DNA of 64,000 nucleotides from an uncultured Acidobacteriota bacterium (GTDB lineage Bacteria; Acidobacteriota; Thermoanaerobaculia; UBA5066; Gp7-AA6), in assembly GCA_963847075.1 (NCBI GenBank), contig CAWJYL010000002.1:663504-727503 (forward strand), read 5' to 3'. The notes below the pieces were generated by a model. It did not search any database. It was given only the letters and a program-made list of their open reading frames with translations, and was not told the origin of the DNA. The stretch's first letter is position 1. Every line of letters starts with the position of its first letter. A program made the translations under genes and the position numbers. Positions 1-8,811 of this stretch are shown piece after piece.

Positions 1-731
1 AAGGGCAGGCTCTCGACGAGCGACTCCGGCCGAAACGGAGCGACCTGGTAGACCGGCTCGTCCCCGAGCACCGCGCGCACCACGACCGTCGAGACCACGG
101 CCGAAACCACCGCTGGCCCGAAGAGCGCCATCGAGAAGGAGCCGACGACCACCTCGAGCACGAAGAGTGTGGCCGCGATCGGCGTGTTGTAGGCGCCCGC
201 GACGCCGGCCGCCATGCCGCAGGCGGTGAGGATGCGTACGCGCTCCGGCGAGACCTTCCACCGCCTCGCCAGCGCGGAGGCGAACGCGGCCCCGATCTGG
301 ATGATCGGGCCCTCGCGGCCCTCCGAGCCGCCGGTCGAGATCACCGCAAGCGAGGAGGCGCCGCGCGCGAGCGACGGACGCAGACGCACGGTGCGCCGGC
401 CGAGCGAGACGACTTCGATCATGTGGGAGATCCCGCTCGGCCCCCGCTCGCCGAAGAAGAAGAGCGCGATCAGGCCTCCCACGAGGCCTCCCGCGGCGGG
501 CAGCAGGATCCGGGCAAGCGGCGCCAGGGCCTGCGCGCCCCGCACGACGTCGCGCGCCCCGATCAGCGCATCCGTCAGCCAGTGCGTGAGAAATCGGAAC
601 GCGATCGCACCGAAGCCGCCAAGAAGCCCCGCGACGGCCGCGAGAATGAGGAACTGGGTATTGGGATCCCGCCAGAAGAAGCGGCCGAACCGGGAGGGCC
701 GCGACGGGGCCTGGGGTTCAGGCGCGCTCAT
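1..731 (-). CDS. ClC-family voltage-gated chloride channel (N-terminal part; gene continues past window start)
   Basis: The reverse-strand translation from the ATG at 731 reads MSAPEPQAPSRPSRFGRFFWRDPNTQFLILAAV... It contains the ClC signature motifs GERGPSGIS (GSGIP-like), GSEGREGP (GREGP) and GAYNTPIAATLFVLE. It is not in the ORF track because it runs off the window edge; the overlapping + ORF 214-936 is Arg-rich antisense noise. Confidence 0.8.
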   Translation of the reverse strand, partial: MSAPEPQAPSRPSRFGRFFWRDPNTQFLILAAVAGLLGGFGAIAFRFLTHWLTDALIGARDVVRGAQALAPLARILLPAAGGLVGGLIALFFFGERGPSGISHMIEVVSLGRRTVRLRPSLARGASSLAVISTGGSEGREGPIIQIGAAFASALARRWKVSPERVRILTACGMAAGVAGAYNTPIAATLFVLEVVVGSFSMALFGPAVVSAVVSTVVVRAVLGDEPVYQVAPFRPESLVESLP

Positions 732-1006
732 TCCCCATCTTCGATCCGGCCGAGGTCCGATTCATCCTCGACGTCTTCCTGGCCCCCCAAAAAGAAGGCG
801 TGCGCGCACGGCTTCCCGCAGAAGATGTTGCCCCCCATGCGGACGACGCAGGCCTCGCAGACGGACTTGTGGCAGGTCTGGCACTGAGGCAGCGCATAGC
901 CCAGATCCTGGCCGCAAGCCGCGCAATGATCCTTGAAGCCGGCCACGCAGAAAGTATAGGCCCGGCATTGGCGGACCTCTGCCTCCCGCCGGTCTTTTGC
1001 TATCAT
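728..1006 (-). CDS. small Cys-rich (multi-CxxC, zinc-ribbon-like) protein, translationally coupled to the ClC channel
   Basis: The 92-aa ORF carries CAAC, CQTC, CEAC and CGKPC motifs. Its TGA stop (728-730) overlaps the ClC ATG (729-731) as ATGA. No clear Shine-Dalgarno sequence precedes it, and its codon bias is only moderate. Confidence 0.35.
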   Translation of the reverse strand: MIAKDRREAEVRQCRAYTFCVAGFKDHCAACGQDLGYALPQCQTCHKSVCEACVVRMGGNIFCGKPCAHAFFLGGQEDVEDESDLGRIEDGE

Positions 1007-1019
1007 CCGCGGTCCCGAA

Positions 1020-1096
1020 GGCGGTGTAGCTCAGCTGGTCAGAGCACGCGGCTCATATCCGCTAGGTCCGGGGTTCAAATCCCTGCACCGCCACCA
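1020..1096 (+). tRNA. tRNA-Met (anticodon CAT; elongator type, or possibly the lysidine-modified tRNA-Ile2)
   Basis: A cloverleaf is readable: acceptor GGCGGTG/CACCGCC, D-arm GCTC/GAGC, anticodon loop CTCATAT (CAT), T-arm CGGGG-TTCAAAT-CCCTG, and an encoded CCA. The anticodon stem is not initiator-like. Confidence 0.9.
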
Positions 1097-1262
1097 AACT
1101 TCGCCAACCGTGGAGGCCTTTCGTGGCCGACTGTCTGCGCCAGACCCCCCGACTGTCTGCAGCGCGCTTCTCGAATTCGTCGCGATCTCTGATCGCCCCG
1201 CGATGACCGTCGCGGATCACTTCCCGCCGGCGACGAGCTTTTGGAACCTCGGGTTCTTGGCA
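1068..1262 (+). repeat. att-like unit A: tRNA-Met 3' half plus about 165 nt downstream; the full-length member of a repeat family also seen at 10104, 12198 and 12722
   Basis: Direct nucleotide comparison: ccctgcaccgccaccaaa(c/t)ttcgccaaccgt(g/c)gaggcc... recurs downstream, as does the segment atcacttcc.ccggcgacgagc...aacctcgggttctt.gc. Confidence 0.7.
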
Positions 1263-1478
1263 TCGTGTCGAAGGGTGGGGCCGGTAGCCCTGATCGGCAC
1301 CTCGAGGCTGCTACCTGCCGTGCCGCTGACCTAACCGATCAATGCCGCGATGCCGGCAAAGCCGGCGCTCGCCACGACGTACCACCAAGCCGTGCATCGG
1401 TTCTTGGCTGCCCATTACCCTCCCCGTCGTGGAAGGTGAAGGGGCGGTCCAGACGCCTCCGAGCGCTGCGCCACTGGA

Positions 1479-2480
1479 TCACGTTACGAAGCGTCCCCTC
1501 GATTGAGAACTCGCGGGCGTCGCCCCACTTTCTCTGCGAAGAAATCGCCCCAGGCCGACTCTCCAATAGCCCGCAAGTTGTCCAAGCGATCCCAACCAGC
1601 CGAGTTCCTGATGAAAGACTCCCGGCTGCCTCAGCAGCATCGAGCCCACGAGTTTCCAGAAACCCGTGAAGCATGAGCGGTATAGCCCAAGCGGTGCACC
1701 AAGGAACGAGCGTCGACGGACAACGGGTGCCACGCGCGCTCTGCCCTCGGCTTCGTCGAACGTCAGTTTGCGAAAATACGCCTTTCGCATCCGGTCCGGG
1801 CCGATCCGATGGAAGACCGTGGGCGCGGCGTCATAGGCGATCTTCAAACCGGACTCGAGGGCTCGATTGATCAGGTCGATCTCTTCACCTCGGAAGAGCT
1901 TCTTACCGACAATGCCTCGCCGCGGGTCGAATCCTCCAACTCTTTCGAAGAGTTCGCGGCGGAAGGCCATGTTCGCGCCCCACACCTGCGGCTGCCGTGC
2001 CAGAGGAAGCGTAAGTAGGCCGCTTGCTTCGAAGTCCATGATCGCCAGACCGGCCAACAGGCTCCGGTTCGCCGTGAGCCACGGTGGCGGCGAGGCTTCC
2101 CACCGCGGAAGAATCCGACCGCCGAGGCCCTGCGCGTTCCAGCGGTCGATCGCCGCGGCTACCTGGGCGATCCAATTCGGCGCCGGGAGCACGTCGTCGT
2201 CGGTGAATGCGATGAGGGAGCCCCGAGCCTCCCGGATGCCTCGATTCCGGGCATGGGAAAGGCCCCGTCGAGGCTCGAACGCGTAGCTCACGCGGGCAGC
2301 CACGGCTTTCGAGAAAGCGGTGACTACCTGTGGCGTCGCGTCGCGCGAGTTGTTGTCGACGACGATGATTTCCCACTCCAGAGAGTCAGGCACCTCTTGC
2401 GAAGCGAGCGCCTCGAGGGTTCCTTCGAGCAGGCGCGCGCGGTTGTAGGTTCCGATTACTACGCTCACCTGCATCGTCAT
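1479..2480 (-). CDS. family 2 glycosyltransferase
   Basis: The N-terminus reads VSVVIGTYNRARLLEGTLEALASQ...IIVVDNNSRD...AFTDDDV, which is classic GT-A/GT2. The start was chosen at MTMQ (GGGAGGG lies upstream); ORF-track start 2522 is an alternative. Confidence 0.85.
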   Translation of the reverse strand: MTMQVSVVIGTYNRARLLEGTLEALASQEVPDSLEWEIIVVDNNSRDATPQVVTAFSKAVAARVSYAFEPRRGLSHARNRGIREARGSLIAFTDDDVLPAPNWIAQVAAAIDRWNAQGLGGRILPRWEASPPPWLTANRSLLAGLAIMDFEASGLLTLPLARQPQVWGANMAFRRELFERVGGFDPRRGIVGKKLFRGEEIDLINRALESGLKIAYDAAPTVFHRIGPDRMRKAYFRKLTFDEAEGRARVAPVVRRRSFLGAPLGLYRSCFTGFWKLVGSMLLRQPGVFHQELGWLGSLGQLAGYWRVGLGRFLRRESGATPASSQSRGRFVT

Positions 2481-2629
2481 CAGACCTTCGGGGTTCCCTC
2501 CCGGCGTCGCGCTCGCCGCCATGTTACCGAAACCTCGTTGCTTCGCCGGCAGGCCTGGCTGCGCAAGCTGGGCGCTGCGTCGTTTGCGTTAGACTCAATC
2601 ATGGGGGATTAACGATCGCGCGTCCACGA

Positions 2630-4252
2630 GTGCTGGCCATCGGCCTCGATGGCCTGGAAGTCACTCTCGCCGAGCAGCTCATGAACGCGGGCGAGATGCC
2701 GGCGCTGGACCAGTTACGTCGGCGGGCCGCGAGCTTCCGGCTCGACCACGGTCCTGCTCAGCGCACGGGGCTGGCGTGGGAACACGTCGCTTCGGGGTTT
2801 TCGCCGGAGGCCTGCCGCCGTTGGGCCGCGGTGGAATTCGATCCGATCGCCTACGCCGCGTGGCAGGAGGGCGCTCGGTTCACGCCGTGGTGGGCCGGTC
2901 GCAACCAGCGCGTCGTCGTGTTCGACACGCCCTACGTGGACTTACGCCGCGCGCGCAACACGCGAGGCATCGTGGGTTGGGGGGCGCACGATCCGGGGAC
3001 GGTCATCGCCGGCCGCCCGCGCGGACTGCTGGCTGAGTTCGAAAGCCGGTTTGGCGGCTATCCCGCATCGCAGTGGACGTATGGATTGCCGTGGCCCTCC
3101 CCGGCCCGCACACAAGCGATGGGTGAGAGCCTCAGCCGAGCCCTGGACACTCGCTCGCGTGCGGCGCAGTGGTTCGCGACAGAGCGGCTCCCGGACTGGG
3201 ATCTCTTCATCGCCGTTTCTGGCGAGGCACATGGTGCAATCGAAGGGCTTTGGCACGGCGTGGACGCGAGCCACCCGTATCACGGCCATCCCGCGGCGGC
3301 CGCCGCGGGCCGGGCACTACGGGAGGTGCATCGCGCCCTGGATCGAATGGTCGGTGAGCTCGTCGCCGCCGCGGGCGATGCGGCGGTTGTCGCGTTCACC
3401 ATGGGCGGCATGGGACCGAACCACTCGGACGTCCCGTCCATGGTCCTCCTGCCGGAGTTGCTTTACCGGCACGCCTTTGGTCACGCGCTGCTCACCGTAC
3501 CGTCACAGTGGACAAAAGCGCCGGGCAACGTGCCGGTCCTGGGAGAGGAGGAGAGCTGGTCGGGTGCGAGTCGGACGTGGATGCCAACGCACCCGGAAAA
3601 TTCAAGGCCTTCCTCCTCCGGAACACTTGTGTCGCTCGCGCGGCTCCTGCCACGGCCCGTCAAGTCGGTGCTCAGAGCGGTTCGAGCCGCGGCAGTGAAC
3701 AGGCACGCGAACGGCGCACCGATGGCGCGACGGGAGCTCGACTGGCAGCCGGCCCTTCGTTACCGACATCACTGGCCTCAGATGCCGGCATTCGCACTGC
3801 CCTCGTTCTACGACGGGCGCATCCGCATCAATCTGCGGGGGCGCGAGCGGGAGGGCATCATCGAGCCCTCACGCTACGAGGAAACGTGTCGAGAGCTCGA
3901 GATCCTGATCCGAGAGTGTCGTGACCCGCGCACGGGGGAAGCGGTGGTGGAGACCATCGAGCGTGCGTGGACCCGAGACCCTCTGGCCCTGACGGGCTCC
4001 GAGGCCGACCTGCTCGTCGTTTGGCGGGGTATTGCCGCCGCGCTCGAGCATCCGCGCCTGGGCCTGATCGGGCCAGTACCGCTCAGACGGACCGGCGGGC
4101 ACACCGGGCGGCACGGGATGGCCTACGTTGCGGCGCCGGGTCTGGAACCAGGCGACCGCGGCGTGCGGTCGGCATTCGATGTTGTCCCGACACTGGTAAA
4201 ACTGCTGGGAGACCAGACGCCCGCTCATCTCAGTGGGAAAAGCCTCGTGTGA
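2630..4252 (+). CDS. alkaline-phosphatase-superfamily protein (type I phosphodiesterase / nucleotide pyrophosphatase-like)
   Basis: It begins VLAIGLDGL (GTG start), typical of the Phosphodiest family, and has a C-terminal GGHTGRHGMAY metal-ligand region. Confidence 0.6.
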   Translation: MLAIGLDGLEVTLAEQLMNAGEMPALDQLRRRAASFRLDHGPAQRTGLAWEHVASGFSPEACRRWAAVEFDPIAYAAWQEGARFTPWWAGRNQRVVVFDTPYVDLRRARNTRGIVGWGAHDPGTVIAGRPRGLLAEFESRFGGYPASQWTYGLPWPSPARTQAMGESLSRALDTRSRAAQWFATERLPDWDLFIAVSGEAHGAIEGLWHGVDASHPYHGHPAAAAAGRALREVHRALDRMVGELVAAAGDAAVVAFTMGGMGPNHSDVPSMVLLPELLYRHAFGHALLTVPSQWTKAPGNVPVLGEEESWSGASRTWMPTHPENSRPSSSGTLVSLARLLPRPVKSVLRAVRAAAVNRHANGAPMARRELDWQPALRYRHHWPQMPAFALPSFYDGRIRINLRGREREGIIEPSRYEETCRELEILIRECRDPRTGEAVVETIERAWTRDPLALTGSEADLLVVWRGIAAALEHPRLGLIGPVPLRRTGGHTGRHGMAYVAAPGLEPGDRGVRSAFDVVPTLVKLLGDQTPAHLSGKSLV

Positions 4253-4562
4253 GCTGACGATACTGTCCCTTGCGCTCTTCGATGCTGTCCTGGCGGGCGC
4301 TCGAGCTTGTAAGGCGCAACATGACTTAGACAGCCCATGCGGGGAGGGCAAACGAAGCGCAACCTTCTGTCTAGGACGCCGAGGGTGGGGAGATAGGCTG
4401 CGGCCGGCGCCGTCCAATTCGCCTCCGAGCCGCAAACGCAGTCGGTTGCTCATCGGCTGCAGCCGATGATACGCCCCGCCCCGAGACGGCAACTGTCAGC
4501 GACTTTGTCAGTGGACTCCCCGTTCTCTTGCCGTCACTTAGGCCCGTCCGGGTCTCCCGCTC

Positions 4563-4595
4563 CACAAAAGAAAAGCGCCTGATTTCTCAGGCGCT
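4563..4595 (-). terminator. Rho-independent terminator for kinase gene 4771-7368
   Basis: A perfect 9-bp stem, agcgcctga / tcaggcgct, with a tttc loop. On the minus strand it is followed by TTTTCTTTTGTG. Confidence 0.55.
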
Positions 4596-4770
4596 TGAGA
4601 CAAGAAGCCACGGGGAGAGACCAATCCCTCTGCGAGGCGGGTGCGCGGCAGAGAGGACAATTTCGCCAATCCAGCTATATTCACGACGAAGCCGACCTTC
4701 AACGAGGCAAGCCGACCGATTGAGCGACCGGACTTTCCTCGTGGGCGCTCGGATCTCGTTCTGACGCGGG

Positions 4771-7368
4771 TCATGGGCGCAATCCTGCGGCACTCAGCCC
4801 CACCGTCCAGTTCTGGATGAGCGTCATCGGCGCCACGCGCGCCTCCTTGTCGGGAACGACCATCAGGAAGCGCTGGCCGTCGGGCGAGACGTCGAAGTCC
4901 GTCGACGGCCAGCGGAAGAGCGGCCGGGGTGACCCCGTCTCGAGCTTCGATCCCGACACCCGGACGTCCACCGCCACGACATCGCCGTCGTCGGAGAGGT
5001 AGAACAGCTCCTTGCCGTCGCGCCGCCAAACGGGGTGGTAGGCTCCGCCGGTCGTGACCTGCCACCGATCTCCCGGACCGGGAAACGGAAGCACGTAGAT
5101 CTCGGCGTTGCCCGATTCGCGTGACCAGTACGCGACCCATCGCCCGTCGGGAGAGAACCGCGCCCCTCCGACCGGCGACTTCGCGCTCAAGAATGGATAG
5201 GGCTTTCGGTCCCCGAAGAGCGGCAAGACCGAGAGATTCGAACCGTCACCCTGGTAGAGGAGGAAACGGCCGTCCGGAGACCAGTCGGTCGCAAACAGTT
5301 GCTTCTCGGTATGGAGAAGGAGCCGCTCCTCCCCGGCGCCGCTCGAGTCCTTGACCGTGAGATCGCCCTGCCCGGTGCGAGTCGACGTGAAGACGATCTG
5401 GCGCCCGTCCGGCGACCAGACCGGAAGCTGGTCGTCGTACTCGCCGGAGGTCACGCGCGTTGCAATGCCGCGCGAGAGATCGTGGACCCAGAGGTTGTTC
5501 GGGCTCTTCGCATCCTCGGTCTGAACAGCCACCTTCCTTCCATCTGGGGACAAACGCGGGAACCCATGTTCGCCGGGCGACCCCACGGAGCCGACCTCCC
5601 GCCCGGACCGGTCGAACCAGGCCATCTTCGTGGATTCACCGTGGGCCGGCAGATAGGCAAGAAGCTCGGGCCCCGCTGCGGAGAAGCCGGGCTGCCCCTT
5701 GCCCCCGAAACCGTAGACTCCCTCCGCCACGGGAATGGGCGCACCCGAGAACCGGAGGCTGCCAGCATCGAAAGGCTGCGCGACGAGCATTCGGGAGGCG
5801 TTGACGAAAAGCAGATACCCCGGCGGCGCAAAGAGCGCGCTCGAATTGGCTCGGACGAGAAGCTTCGTCTCCGACGAATCGAGCGAACCGATGAAGACTG
5901 CATTGTCCCGGTCGCCGGTCGTCGTCATGGAGAGGAACAGAAAGTGGCGCCCGTCGGGAAGGAAGCTCGGCCACCGATGGCTGTTCTCCTTGCGCACCGG
6001 ATCGAGCCGCGTGACAGCGGCCGGCTCACCGCCGGAGGCCGGCACCCGGGAGATCGGCGTCAGGGGGCCGGGAGCAAACAGGATGACCCCCTCCCGATTC
6101 CAGGTTCCGCCGCGGCCACCGGCTCGAACATCGCATAGCGTCTTCGGTGTGCCGCCGCTCGGCTCGACCGAAAGGAGCTTCTCCCAGGAGAAGAACCCGA
6201 GCATCCTTCCATCCGGCGACCAGAACGGATTCTGGGCGCCGTTCATCCTGGAAAGCTGCCGCGCCTCCGGCTGTGCGAGGAACCGGATCCAGAGCTCGAG
6301 GTTCTCCGCAGCGTCTCTGGCCCCGAAGGCGACCTGTCTTCCGTCCGGCGAGACCGCGACCTCTCCCAGGCTGAACGTCCGGCCCTCGGGCGGAAGAAGC
6401 GAGGTGCGCACGATGGGGGCGGGCGGTGTCCGCGATAGCCGGAGCCAGGCCGCGGCGATGGCGGCGCCGATCGCAATGCCGCCGAGCAAGATGAAAGCCG
6501 CGCGGAGACGGCGGGACGGGGGCCGGGCAGACGCGGCTACCGCGACGGAGCCTCCGGACAGGGTCCCTTCCGAGATGCCGTCGCGCAGGCGCGCCAGATC
6601 CCGAGCCAGATCGCGCGTCGAGGCGTAACGCTCCTCCGGATCCTTGGCGAGGCATCGCTCGATCGCCCACCGCAGCGGCACCGGCGTCTGGGGCGCGGCC
6701 GCGGAGATCGCCGCAGGCTCCTCGCGAATGATCGCCGCCAGCGTCTCCGGAGCGTTGCCTCGGGCAAACGCGCGCTCGCCTGTCGTCATCTCGTAGAGGA
6801 TCGATCCGAACGAGAACTGGTCCGACCGGAAGTCCAGCGCCTTTCCCAGAGCCTGTTCGGGCGACATGTAGCCGACCGTCCCCATCACGATTCCCGGCTC
6901 CGTTCCCGCGGACACCGTGGGTGAATGCGTCTCTTGCCCCTCGGGCGCGTCCGGCTGAGTCAGCTTTGCGAGGCCAAAGTCCAGGATCTTCACGAACCCG
7001 TCCTTCGTGACCATGACGTTCTCGGGCTTCAGGTCCCGATGCACGATGCCGGCGCCGTGCGCCTTGGCGAGCCCGTCGGCCACTTGCGCCGCGATCGCGA
7101 GGATCTTCTTCGTCGGCAGAGCCCCGGCGGCCAGAAACTCCCGCAGCGTCTGCCCGTCTACCATTTCCATCGCAATGAAGGACGTTTGGCCCGACTCGCC
7201 GATGTCGTGGATCGTCACGATATTCGGATGATTGAGAGACGACGCCGCTCGCGCCTCTTTCTCGAAGCGCTTCAACCGATCGGGATCTGCGGACACGCCG
7301 GCCGGCAACACCTTGACGGCGACCTCCCGCGAGAGCCGCGTGTCCCGGGCCCGGTAGACTTCCCCCAT
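4771..7368 (-). CDS. Ser/Thr protein kinase with C-terminal TolB-like (PD40/WD40-like) beta-propeller repeats (K1)
   Basis: It carries HRDLKPENVMV and DFGLAKL. After a TM segment, the C-terminus has repeated SPDGR / FSPDGR blades. The ATG lies inside the G-loop (LGAGGMGEVY); the frame is open upstream to a GTG at 7511, so the true start is probably upstream of 7368. Confidence 0.85.
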   Translation of the reverse strand: MGEVYRARDTRLSREVAVKVLPAGVSADPDRLKRFEKEARAASSLNHPNIVTIHDIGESGQTSFIAMEMVDGQTLREFLAAGALPTKKILAIAAQVADGLAKAHGAGIVHRDLKPENVMVTKDGFVKILDFGLAKLTQPDAPEGQETHSPTVSAGTEPGIVMGTVGYMSPEQALGKALDFRSDQFSFGSILYEMTTGERAFARGNAPETLAAIIREEPAAISAAAPQTPVPLRWAIERCLAKDPEERYASTRDLARDLARLRDGISEGTLSGGSVAVAASARPPSRRLRAAFILLGGIAIGAAIAAAWLRLSRTPPAPIVRTSLLPPEGRTFSLGEVAVSPDGRQVAFGARDAAENLELWIRFLAQPEARQLSRMNGAQNPFWSPDGRMLGFFSWEKLLSVEPSGGTPKTLCDVRAGGRGGTWNREGVILFAPGPLTPISRVPASGGEPAAVTRLDPVRKENSHRWPSFLPDGRHFLFLSMTTTGDRDNAVFIGSLDSSETKLLVRANSSALFAPPGYLLFVNASRMLVAQPFDAGSLRFSGAPIPVAEGVYGFGGKGQPGFSAAGPELLAYLPAHGESTKMAWFDRSGREVGSVGSPGEHGFPRLSPDGRKVAVQTEDAKSPNNLWVHDLSRGIATRVTSGEYDDQLPVWSPDGRQIVFTSTRTGQGDLTVKDSSGAGEERLLLHTEKQLFATDWSPDGRFLLYQGDGSNLSVLPLFGDRKPYPFLSAKSPVGGARFSPDGRWVAYWSRESGNAEIYVLPFPGPGDRWQVTTGGAYHPVWRRDGKELFYLSDDGDVVAVDVRVSGSKLETGSPRPLFRWPSTDFDVSPDGQRFLMVVPDKEARVAPMTLIQNWTVGLSAAGLRP

Positions 7369-7617
7369 CCCGCCCGCCCCGAGCGGCGCCAGGATCTCGT
7401 AGGGACCGAGACAGGTTCCGGCTGAGAGTGCTATCGGATCACCGCTGCGCGGATTCTACGTCGCGGGGAGACCAGCGTCGGCAGCCTTCCCGGAAGCCTC
7501 CGGTGAGCCACATTCGCTGTCGGAAGGGCTTGTCCGCTTCCGCCCCGCCCTTAACTCGGTCGTCGTATGCCCTTGAAGTCCTGGGCATGGATGGCCCGGT
7601 TTCCGTCTCGCCGGAGG

Positions 7618-8556
7618 CTAGTCCACATTCGGGATCTTCACGATGCTGCCCTTCGCCTTCGGGTCCCTTGGATCCTTCACCACGGTCACGTACAGATCCT
7701 TCCCGCCCTCGCCGAAGGCCACGTTTGTCGGGCCTTCTCCCGCCGTGATCTCGAATACGTGCAACAGCTTGCCCTCGGCGGAGAGCTTCAGGACCTTGCC
7801 GCCGGTCCACTGGGCGACATAGACGTTGCCCTTGCGGTCGATCTTCATGCTGTCGGGTCCCAGCCACCATGATACGACCTTGTTCTTCACGAGGAGATTG
7901 AGCAACGCGAAGTTCGATCTCTTGCCAAGCGAGCCGTCATCGTTGATCGAGAACTTCAGGATGCAGTTTCCGACGGTTTCACTGACGTAGAGGGTCTTCT
8001 GATCCGGGGAGACGCCTATGCCGTTGGCGTGATTGAGGTCTCCTGCAACCTCCACCCATTCCTGGCTGCCCGGTGCGAGATAGACGATTCTCCCGATCAC
8101 CAACGTCGGTGGCTCCGCGTTGTTGGTGTAGTGGCCGAAGATCGTGGCATATGCACCGCCGTTGGCGCACACCACGATGTCGTTGATGCCCCCGTCGAAC
8201 GGTTTGCCGTTGCTGTCGGCGTCCCAGCGCCGCAGCTGCTTGCCCCTCATGTCGACCTCGAGAATCGCACCGTGGTCGCTGCAGGCGATCAAGAAGGTCT
8301 TCTGCTTGGTCAGCGCCAGTCCGTTGTGGCCGCAACCCGGGGTTTCGTTGAGAACCGTGCTCGTCTTGCCATCCCACTTGGACAGCGTATTCGAGACCCA
8401 GCCGACGTAGTAGAGATTGCCGTCAACGTACAATGGACCCTCCGCACCGAGAACGTCGCTCACGACTGTAGCTTCGGCGGCACGGGCTGACGTGGCGACC
8501 ATTAACGCGCTGACGGCGAAGCAGAAGATTGTGATCGACCTCATGCGGATTCCCAT
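7618..8556 (-). CDS. secreted SMP-30/gluconolactonase/LRE-like six-bladed beta-propeller protein
   Basis: It has a signal peptide and an SGL-like repeat pattern. GC content is visibly lower than in its neighbours. Confidence 0.65.
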   Translation of the reverse strand: MGIRMRSITIFCFAVSALMVATSARAAEATVVSDVLGAEGPLYVDGNLYYVGWVSNTLSKWDGKTSTVLNETPGCGHNGLALTKQKTFLIACSDHGAILEVDMRGKQLRRWDADSNGKPFDGGINDIVVCANGGAYATIFGHYTNNAEPPTLVIGRIVYLAPGSQEWVEVAGDLNHANGIGVSPDQKTLYVSETVGNCILKFSINDDGSLGKRSNFALLNLLVKNKVVSWWLGPDSMKIDRKGNVYVAQWTGGKVLKLSAEGKLLHVFEITAGEGPTNVAFGEGGKDLYVTVVKDPRDPKAKGSIVKIPNVD

Positions 8557-8811
8557 TTTGCTGTCGACGGAACATCGTGCCGAGATTCAGGCAGAACATC
8601 AAGTTGTTCGTCCCTTTCGGGCAAATGTGAAGGTGGCCCTTCTTGTCCGGGAGCTTTGCTTCAGACCGCCAAGGACGTAGACATTGGAGTGTCGATTACG
8701 ACGCACGTGCGTGTGATCGCCTGTCGATCCTCTCCCCTTCGAACGACGCAGAGGGGGCGTGCATCACGCGTCCACGGGACGCCAGAACCGGAGCTGCTTC
8801 CTCGACCTCGC

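Noticed and set aside
214-936. 240-aa + ORF at window start
   Set aside because: It is antisense to the ClC channel gene, whose translation shows the GSGIP/GREGP motifs.
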